A model generated the notes under the pieces. That model saw only the letters and a list, made by a program, of their open reading frames with translations. It ran no database searches and was not told where the DNA came from. The position numbers and the translations under genes were made by a program. From the NCBI GenBank assembly GCA_903813345.2, contig CAIIXF020000001.1, positions 22,072,001 through 22,136,000 on the forward strand: a stretch of DNA of 64,000 nt, written 5' to 3'. The stretch's first letter is position 1; every line of letters starts with the position of its first letter. This DNA is from Owenia fusiformis. Its lineage: Eukaryota. This document shows positions 36,501 to 45,982 of the stretch, in pieces.

Positions 36501-39470
36501 CAGCTTGGTACTGGAGACTGTCAAGTCTGTTAAGGTCACAAATAGGAGCACAGTCGCAAAGGATATCACAATAATCAAATCAGGACTGAATATAAGCTGT
36601 ATAGAGAATATTTAATTGTTTTGATTTTAGTCTACCCTTAAGTGCTTTTAAGGGGTTAAGAGCTGTTTGGATTTTTGCACAGATAGAATTTATATGTGCT
36701 GACCCACTTAATTTTTTATCAAAAATGAAGCCTAGGTGTTTATGAATGTCAGTTTTTTCAATTTGTTTATCATTTAAGATAACTGGTGGATAGATTGGAT
36801 TATTTTTCTTAGAAAAGGTCATTTCTCTGCTCTTTTCTGGTTTAAAATCTAGTTTCCACTGTTTAGACCAGGCTTCGATTTTTTTAGATCATTTTGAATT
36901 TGTATATGAGATTGCGGATTGTTTTGGGAAGTAGGTACAAAGAGGGAGGTGTCGTCTGCATAAATAAAACACTCTGAGGTCAGGTTGTCAGGTAAGTCGT
37001 TTATATAGAGGAGAAACATCAAAGGTCCGAGAATACTTCCCTGAGGCACAGAACAGTTTATGTAGTTGCTAGGAGAGGTGTCAGAACATTTGCCATTCAC
37101 AGTTACTTTGACACTCCTATCAGTCAAATAAGATTTTAGAAAAACTAATAAGTTTCCTGAAAATCCATACGCTTTCAACTTTTTTAGAAGAAGGTAATGG
37201 GGGACACGGTCAAAAGCGGCCGAAATATCCCAAAAAATTGCACGTGTATCATTGCCGTCGCTAAAATTGCGCCAAATTAGGTTTTTGATGGCTAACAGTT
37301 GTAACTCATTGCTGTGCCCTTTCAAAAAGCCGGACTGGTATTTATACAATAAGTTATTTTCAATTAAATGTTCGTACATCCTAGAGTAGACAATTCGTTC
37401 TAATATTTTGGAAGTAATACTGAGAAGAGATATAGGTCTATACTTTCTTATGTCATTCTTATTATTCTTTTTTAATATTTTGGGGAGATATCCCCTAATT
37501 TCCAGTTCTGGGGAAAATTACCTGTGGTCAAAATTTTATGAAAAAGTAAATTAAGTGGCACAGAAATAGTATTCCTGCATAGCTGGAGCATTTTTATTGT
37601 AACTCGAATAAGTCCCGTCCCCCTGCTACAGCTAAAACCTTAACAGAAGGTACCTAGTGTGATATACCATTGGAACGATCATCCAAAGTTATGTTAACTC
37701 ACCAACTCTCAAGTATTTTGGATGAAATTCACCTATATTTTTATGATGTCTTTTAAAATTAACGTGCCCTCCTTTAAGTAGCTTTTTTGCGTCAAAATGA
37801 CAAGGATATGACCTCAGAAAAACATCAAAAAGTTAATCTTTTTCAAAAATGTTCAATTCTTTCAAAAATTTTCATTTTGAATGTTTCAACATTTTTCTCT
37901 CATTCAACAGAGGATTTTCTCTTTACCATGGTTATTGGTATCAGGTCGTTATTCACCCGTCGGGATGATATTGTTAATATCCCTCGGATGATATCAATAT
38001 TTCCCGACACATGAGGGAGTGTGCTAAATTCTGTGGCTATGTGGGAATCGAACCCAGACCCTCTTCGATATTTTCGAAATTCTCGAGTATAGTATAAAGC
38101 TAGGTTATATGCTGCAGATTGTATCTCGATATTTTCGATAATTTCGAGTCTAAATATTACTTAAATCGATAAGCCCTAACTCCGACCCTGCCTCAACCCT
38201 AATTTTTACCCTTAGCCCAAACCTAACCCCTCACTCTGAATTTTACATTATAAGCCCTAATACCCAACCTTAAATCCCCAGCCATAACCATAACCCTAAC
38301 CCCCACACCCAAACCCTTACTTAAACTTTTAAACCTAACCTTTACCCTAAATCCTTAGCCCTAACCCCTAACCTGAACCCTATATGCCCTAAACTCAAAC
38401 CCTAACTTTAACCATAAGCCCCAACCCTAACGCTAACCCTATGCACTAAACCTAATCCCTAACCCTAATTTTAACCCCAACCCCTAATCTGAATTCTAAG
38501 CTCCCCAAACCCTAACTTTAACCATAAGCTCGAGCCCTAATCCCTTACCTTAAGCCCCCAACCTTAATTCTAAATCCTCAGCCCTAACCATAACTTAACC
38601 CCCCTAACCACTAAACTTAACCCCTCACCCCAGCTTTAGATAGCTCTATAACATTTTCCAAGCTACCCTATACCCAAAATCTTGAACGGTACCCATTTTG
38701 CCAAGTTTGGATGATTTGAAAATAAACTGAACATTGTGACGGTAGATGTTATCGAAAATATCGAAAAAATCGAAAGAATCGAAACATATTTTTTCGATTA
38801 AACTAATGAAATCGAAAATTTCGAAACCTAAAATGTATTTTTTCGCTTAAACAAATTTCATCGATTATATCGAAAAATCGAAATTGCCAAGATCCTGGAT
38901 AAGTATGCATCCTGACCACAGCAATTTTGATTCGCAATATCCGAAAAATAAGAAGAAATGGGTGCACAACAACTTAATTGGAGACTCAAATTGATACCAG
39001 GTACCTATTTTTGACTCTTCCTGTTTCAAATGCATCAGCTACACCAGGTGATTTCTTGGTGTACACCTTAAAGTAATCATTCCACGCATCATCATCATTG
39101 AATCCTTCGTTACGGTGGAACCACGCCTTCACTTCGAACCATTTACCCATAAACTAATAAAATCATATAAGAGACAAAGATGTGAGCTTCAGCAGATGAT
39201 TTCCACCATAGAGACAGATATATCGTATCATATATCATCATTATTCTATATGTTAAAATTATACAATGTTACGTACCTTAATATATCCTAATACACCCCG
39301 TATAATATATAGTCATGTTCATTCCCTTTTCGTGTTGTTTTACTTACCTTATCGAAATCAAAGTTGGCTTGGAGGTCTAAACTTGTCATATTTAAGACAC
39401 ATTTTTCTGCAGTGACAGTTGTTAAGAGGAATATAACATATATCACTCGCTGCATCCTTGCTGCATCCAT
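33528..39470 (-). CDS. Lipocalin copy C (near-identical to B; two LINE insertions in introns)
   Basis: Exons 39470-39348, 39153-39005, 35442-35351, 33996-33754 and 33631-33528 (CGGPVGDASTLSSWLCLSMALVSTFMSHIWTAV*); frame open, splice sites intact. Confidence 0.86.
34249..35088 (-). mobile_element. 5'-truncated non-LTR retrotransposon (3' end of ORF2, CCHC-type C-terminus; RTE-X/L2-like)
   Basis: ORF 34368-35078 with LRTYRTFK...LMLETGRY...RLCLHC...IEDEFHFLLVCPSY; (TACA/TAAA)n 3' tail; ATTGTA TSD at 34243-48 and 35089-94; empty site in copy B (~29675). Confidence 0.9.
35519..37606 (-). mobile_element. 5'-truncated, frameshifted LINE (CR1/L2-like reverse transcriptase) with poly(A) tail
   Basis: ORFs 36849-37379 (YQSGF, DISAAFDRVPH, VPQGSILGPLMFLLYINDLP, YADDT), 36580-36822 (HKHLGFIFD) and 35772-36485 (CLCGSPETFPHFFFKCP); T-run at 35519-27 is the poly(A); absent from copy B. 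Confidence 0.92.
37990..38063 (-). mobile_element. Possible tRNA-derived SINE fragment (B-box); paralogous copy at ~30222-30294
   Basis: The minus strand reads GAGGGTCTGGGTTCGATTCCC, a Pol III B-box-like GGTTCGATTCC. No A-box or cloverleaf is visible. Confidence 0.35.
38165..38633 (+). repeat. Degenerate (CCCTAA)n telomere-like tract (copy C intron 2), paralogue of 30395-30862
   Basis: Colinear with the copy B tract, with scattered substitutions. Confidence 0.8.
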
Positions 39471-39519
39471 GTCGTCAGAGTGATTACATACAACTGTTTA
39501 CTTTCAGACCAAATATATA

Positions 39520-39841
39520 CAGGGTGGTCCAAAAAAGTGGAACATTTCCTTTTGCAATATAAGATTTATACAAGCTGCATCCATTTGTGCCGACCACGTA
39601 GCCATTTTAGCGACAAGTTATGGTTTCAATTGCCATTTCTAATCAAGGAAAGACTGACATTAAAACTGACAATGGAGCAAAGATCTTGAAAAAACTCCCC
39701 CCCTTCATTTGTCCAAACAATTGGATGGCCTCCAAATAACCCCAACATGGCTTCGGGAAATTTTTGGTGTATTTTATAGGAGGAATACAATTTCTGCAAA
39801 TGGTAAATCAATGTTCTATTTAAATCTTTTGGACCAGCCTG
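39520..39841. mobile_element. Tc1/mariner-like MITE (TA TSD) 50 bp upstream of the lipocalin C start codon
   Basis: TA|CAGGGTGGTCCAAAAAAG ... CTTTTGGACCAGCCTG|TA. Confidence 0.8.
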
Positions 39842-40358
39842 TATATTTGTGATTTGAAATCAAGTTACTGTTTATAAAACGCGAGTTATATTCATCCCGA
39901 AAAAACTTTATTGTCAAAACATCTACTAAATATTTAAAGTTCTATTGAAATACGAAATATACAGATCGTTTAACATAAAAGAATCCATGCAATCCTAATC
40001 AAAATAAGCAGCTCTTTATGTATCCATCGTTGATTTATCTTTATTACTGACATGCTCCTCGGTACATTTTGGATCTCCATAGAACTATGAAAAAGTTAAT
40101 ATATTTTCCACAGTAGGAATGTTTATTCTTTCTTAATTCTCTATCATTTGGATCTGTATTCTGAGCGTAAGCAGGATAATCTAATAGGTTGCTAAAGGTC
40201 AACCGGGTTAAATGCAAAATTTCATTTTAACATAACAGTTTGTTGTACTAAAGATGTGTCTTCAATCATATGGTAGCAAATTTCACTAATTAAAAACTAG
40301 TTGACAATAACAGTGTTAATTTCTAAGAATATCAAATTTTGAAATATGGTCCATCTGA

Positions 40359-43300
40359 TCACACTACTGTCCAAATATGGGACATAAAAGTAGAAACCAA
40401 AGCCATTGACAAGCACAACCAAGACGATAACGTTGACGCATCGCCCACGGGCCCTTCACATGCTGAAAATAAACATTGTCAATTGTAAAGGTAGGATATA
40501 TCAATAGAAAAATGAATTTTGGTAGACAAGAGCGTTATTTTGCCGTATCAATCATTTTAGTCGCCAAGGTATTTTTTAACTTACGCCGAGAGTGGAAGTT
40601 AGGTCTGAATTCCTGAAGATCCGCGTGGCATATTGTTTTGTTAATGATATCATCCAGGTATCTTGCATGACCGGGTTGCAATATTGTCGTCCTACTTAGT
40701 ACGTGTACGATTGGATCAGGAAGGCATGTCCCACTGGCGTATAACTTTCCTTCATGAGAACAACCCACAGTCAAGGCATAATTGTCGTAATCGGTCGCTA
40801 CCACATACATCGCCATAGTATCTACGTGTATATGTATTGAATTGGTTATTTTGAAAAGAATCACAATCGCAAGAAGTAGCTTCTAATATTAGCTTATAAC
40901 GTATAAGAAATAGTAAAACTACTAGTCCCTGAGCTGCTCCAAAATTGAGGTGTCGTTGTCTAGTACTCCGCCACAAAAATGAACATACCGTTTAAAAATT
41001 ACTGACTTCCCTTATTAAGAAAATATATTCGTTTTAATTGTAACGGGGGCTTTTGCTTCTAGAATAGGGTCACACAAGGTTGCCTTCTAAAAACTTTATA
41101 ACTGTATATGTTTTTTTAAAAGTTTTTTACCACATAACTGCATTTTAAGTATAATATTAATTTTGATAAAAAGTAAGTACTTTTGATTTACAAGAGAACA
41201 AATTTGGAAAATGATCCACTTCCGTACGGTGACGACTGACGATTACCCCCCTATCACACCAAACTAGTTCTTACTCGTTCTTGTTTCTTGCCAGTCCTAC
41301 GAAAACGTAGTAAAACGGGCTTAATCTGGCTGTGGTCGGGAAATATATCTAAAATAATTATAGCTACTTCGTTCATAAACAGTCTTCAATACGTGGACAT
41401 CTCATTCGCAGTTCGTTCAGGTCGCACCACGTCGGTGTGCAACGTCGTATAACGCGTCCCTTAGTCTAGAAGGTCATCATGACCTGAGTACAGAACGGTA
41501 TGGTCGCCATCGAATTTTGAATCGATTCAAAATTCTAAATCACATTCCCCGTCCGGGAAAGTCCTGAAGTTCGTAAACAGACCGTAGAACGTCCATTCAG
41601 TTCGCACACAGTTTAAAACCAGTTTTGAAGAGCGCAGTGGCAACTTGCTTGGTGTGATAGCTATATTTTTGCTAACTCGTTGATAAATACGTTCTTAATC
41701 AGTTTTAACCCGTTTGCAATTAGTTCTACCTCGTTCTCAATACATCCTAAGACATTTCAACTCGTTGTAAAAACGTCCCTACTAGGATTGAAGTTGTAGG
41801 TTGTCACTCGTTCTTATTGAAGAACGTGACGACCAAGAGAACATTGTGAGCATGTTCTAAGTTCTAGAGGACCTACCCGTTCGAGTACGTTCGATGAAGT
41901 TTGTAAATAGACCACAAATGGTTCTAAGTACGTCCAGTCCGTTCGTACACAGTTGAAGCCCGTAATTATTTTAGACATATTTCCCGACCACAGCCAGATT
42001 GAGCCCGTTTTACGACGTTTTCGTGGGACTGGCAACAACGGGTAAGAACTAGTTTGGTGTGATAGGGGGGTTAGTGCTCTCTTTCGACCAGGTACTTTAA
42101 TTCCAACTCTGTGTGCGACATCAATATCTGAACTAGAAATGTTTGATTCAATCTGCTGGGCAACTTCAAGAATTAATGATTTACAATCTTCATTTTCCGT
42201 CTCCTCAATTCCAGTTATCATAATGTTACTTTTCCGTGAATATTGTTCATTCCTATTTGAAACTGCCCTCGAAAGAACGCCTTCATAAAGAGGAAAAATA
42301 CTTTTCCATACACCCCTCTTTCAAATAAACGCCCATGAGAGCCTATTTGCGAAAAATTACATGTACGGTACTACGTTGAAAACATTCTTAGACTTACAAG
42401 TAGAATTATCATCTCCCAATGTGAGTCTAGCTGGATGAAGACGTCCACCTGCAAACAATATGCGTCCTCTCTGGTTTCTGTTGCAGTTATCGCTAAAACA
42501 AAAAAATGTTTTGGTAAATCGGAACGCGGTAAGAATAATCTTAAAACTGGTGGCACATAATTAAAGCTCCGATTCAAAGGAATACGTTGAGAAATACTAT
42601 TAAACAAAATTATTCATTTCTTAAGAAAATGGAAGAAACATTGTAAAATGTCAGAAATCCCGAATAACATAGAAATAATCTTTTTAATTTTTAAAGGTCA
42701 TAGAAGATCAATCGAAAGTCGAATCTCCATTCTGACCACATATGAAAAATTCTGATTTACGATTTCAGAAAAATAAGAAGAATAGGGGGCAAAACAATAA
42801 CTGGAGACTTATAAAGCGATAACTGATACATGATACCTATTTTTGACTCTTCCTGTTTCAAATACATCAGCTACACCATCTGATTTCTTGGTGTACACCT
42901 TAGAGAAATCATTCCAAGCATCATAATCAGAGAATCCTTCTATACGGTGGAACCACGCCTTCACTTCGAACCATTTACCCATAAACTAATAAAATCATAT
43001 AAGAGATAATCAAAAATGTCAACTTCAGATAATGTCCACCTTAGGGAAAGTGTCGTATCACATATTATCATCATTCTTTAACCCCCCTATCACACCAAAC
43101 TAGTTCTCAACCGTTCTTACAAAAATGTCGTAAGACGGGCTAAATCTGGCTGTGATCGGGGAAAAAACTAGCTATTTCGTTTATAAACAGTCTTCAATAC
43201 GTCCATTTCATTTTCAGGTCGCATTATGTTGGTGTTCACACGTAACCCTACTATCACACCAAACTAGTTCTCACTACTGAAATGGACAGAATGGACAGAA

Positions 43301-44500
43301 TGTTAGTACAAATGCACTCACCTTCGGTTCGTGCTTTGTACAACATTCTGTCCAACTCGTGCAGAATTTCACCATATTGAATGGCCTATCATTATTTATT
43401 CCTTAATTAGACAACGTCGTTAACGCGTCACTAGTCGGGTCGAAGTACGGCAACTACGTTCCTACGTTATCACACGATCTAATCACAAAACGGTATGATA
43501 GTAGGCTGATCTCACTTCATTCTCGAACGTAACCCTACTACCACACCAAACTATTTAACTACGTCCTCGAAAACGGGTCTAAATTGTGTACGAACGGATT
43601 GGACTTACTTAGAACCGTTTGGGGTCTATTTACAAACTTTATGAACTAACTCGAACGAGTAGGTCGCCCAGAACTTAGAGCATTCTCAAAATTTTCTGGT
43701 GGTCACCACTTTCTCTCAATCTGTTTCTGCAATCAGAACGAGTGACGACGTTCTTAATACGAGCTGGACGTACTACGAACGGAACTGTCGTACTTAAATC
43801 GTACTAGGGACGTTTTCAGAACGAGATGAACTGTCTAAGGACGTATTGAGAACGAGGTAGAACTAATTTCAAACGGGTTAAACTGATTCAGGACGTATTA
43901 CAGACTGCTTATGAACGAGTTTGCAAAAATATATATATCATACCAAACTAGTTGACAATGCGTTCCTCAAAACGTTGTCGAACTGGTGTTATTTTCAAAC
44001 TGTGTGCGAACGGAACGAACGTAGCTGTAATGTTCTACTGTCTGTTTACGAACTTTATGAACGTGCTCGGACGGAAAGGAAATTTTGAATCATTTCAAAA
44101 TTTGATGCCGACTATACCGTTCTGTGATTTGATCGTGTAACAACGTATACTTCAAACGGATGACCTACTAGACTAGGAACGTGATTGCCGATTTGCCGTA
44201 CTTCCATCTTTCTAGAGAGACGTGTAAACGACGTTGTGCACGAACTGCGAATGAGATGGACGAATTGAAGACTGTTTATGAACGAAGTATATGATGTTGA
44301 CGGTTGCGTTCCTGAATACATTCCTTGGCCCGTTACAATACAGTTATACTCTTTTCCTTTGATGTTTTACTTACCTTATCGAAATCAAAGTTGGCTTGGA
44401 GGTCTAAACTTGTCATATTTAAGACACATTTTTCTGCAGTGACAGTTGATAAGAAGAAGAATATAATATATTTCAATTGCTGCATCCTTATTACATCCAT
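40359..44500 (-). CDS. Lipocalin copy D (RBP-like, GPI-signal-like tail)
   Basis: Exons 44500-44375 (MDVIRMQQLKYIIFFFLSTVTAEKC...), 42985-42837, 42492-42398 (DNCNRNQRGRILFAGGRLHPARLTLGDDNST), 40821-40585 and 40462-40359 (CEGPVGDASTLSSWLCLSMALVSTFMSHIWTVV*). Confidence 0.88.
41246..42070. mobile_element. PIF/Harbinger-like non-autonomous element (TTA TSD, ~110-bp TIRs)
   Basis: TTA|CCCCCCTATCACACCAAACTAGTTCTTAC ... GTAAGAACTAGTTTGGTGTGATAGGGGGG|TTA. Confidence 0.85.
42074..42266 (-). mobile_element. LINE ORF1 remnant (RRM/Tnp22-like), interrupted by the PIF-like element
   Basis: NEQYSRKSNIMITGIEETENEDC...SSSDIDVAHRVG...KRAL, continuing as IV past the TSD; typical of CR1/L2-type ORF1 proteins. 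Confidence 0.7.
43082..44295. mobile_element. Rearranged and nested copies of the CCCTATCACACCAAACTAGTT PIF-like family in lipocalin D intron 1
   Basis: Terminal motif at 43082, 43246, 43533 and ~43938; internal sequence similar to 41246-42070. Confidence 0.7.
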
Positions 44501-45982
44501 GCTGTCAAATCTAGAGTGATTACATACAACTGTTGACTTGCAGACTGAACTTGTACTACCTGTATGAGCTCTCCCACCAAGTCCACTGTTGATGGAGCTA
44601 TTTTATCCTTCAGAAAAAACTGTATCAAATATATATCGTGACTCGTTGTATGTGATATTGGGATGAACATAATTTAAGTGTGCTTTTATTCAAAATATGT
44701 CAACTTACTTGAATTCGCTTTTCAAAGTAAGTCTACTGTAAATGTATAAACTTTAACGTGAATATACAGGGTGTCAAATGGCGTTGTGCCCCCCCCATCC
44801 AAAGCATAATAATTTGTCAAAACCAATACTTACATTCCTAGTTTTAATATGCCGGTAGAGTATTAAATTCGCCATCCAGTATATTAAATTACTTGGATTA
44901 ATTTTTAGCTATACAATAAAACGGGAAATGTACCCAGTTTGCATCCCCTTGAATGCATGCTCGGATATGGTAGAGATGTAGTAAACAAATCAGATATTTT
45001 TTTTATCGTTTTAGCCTTGATTTTAAACTTCATACTTACATAGTTGTAAGAATGTATTAATACAAAGCTAAAATGTCCATATACCCAATGGCGGACATAA
45101 GGTAGCCTCTTCCTACATCCTTTCACATAATCCGGGCAATTTAGATAACAAACCGATATAACTGGGCATTATCTTTTTTAATTTTATTATTTTTCCAAAC
45201 ACCTAAGTCTCATTGTTTATCCATAACATGAACACTCATATTACTCGTTTGCAGGTATATCGGAAGTACTAGCAATGGAAATACAATCCAACTTGACATA
45301 AATTGCGTCCGGAAATAAACAACAAAAAACAAGTTACAATGCGATATCGAGAATATGCACAATGAATTGTTACAACACCCGGATATTGCAATTTGACACG
45401 GTAATTTAATCAATGTAGTATTTAAATTATTTTCATATAAAGTCTCAATTATATCTAGTTCCTTAGTAAATAGAATGTGTTAAGCATGTGTTGGAGGATA
45501 CAAATCATATGGACATAATAAAGCGTCTTGTTTTTTTTTTGTTTTTTTTATCAACTACTAGTAATATGAATGTGGAGGCATGAGTAACGAACTTCTCGGT
45601 AATATCAAATGCTGATTGAACAACAAGTTTAAATTTAAAATATTGTAATCGTTATTTTTGCACATTTATAGGAGGAACTAGGGATAATACAATACAATAT
45701 TGCAGTAAATACAATAAGCTTACAATATTTTAAATCCTGTTCTTCTCCTATTTTGATGGAGGAACTGAATCCAACCGATTTCGCTCATTTTTACACTTTG
45801 CTGTAGTCGCTCTAAATCTATAAAGACTAGTAAATATTGATTTAAAAAAGGTATATGACTAATATAGTGTATGTAATGTGAGTATTCTAAATTCAGAGAA
45901 ATCCCGACATCATGTTGTCCAGCAAACTTTGCGACTTGAGATAAATCCTTAAAAAGATTGGTCAATCAAAACATCAGTCCGA

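Noticed and set aside
38040-38063. tRNA gene
   Set aside because: Only a B-box-like motif; no cloverleaf can be built.
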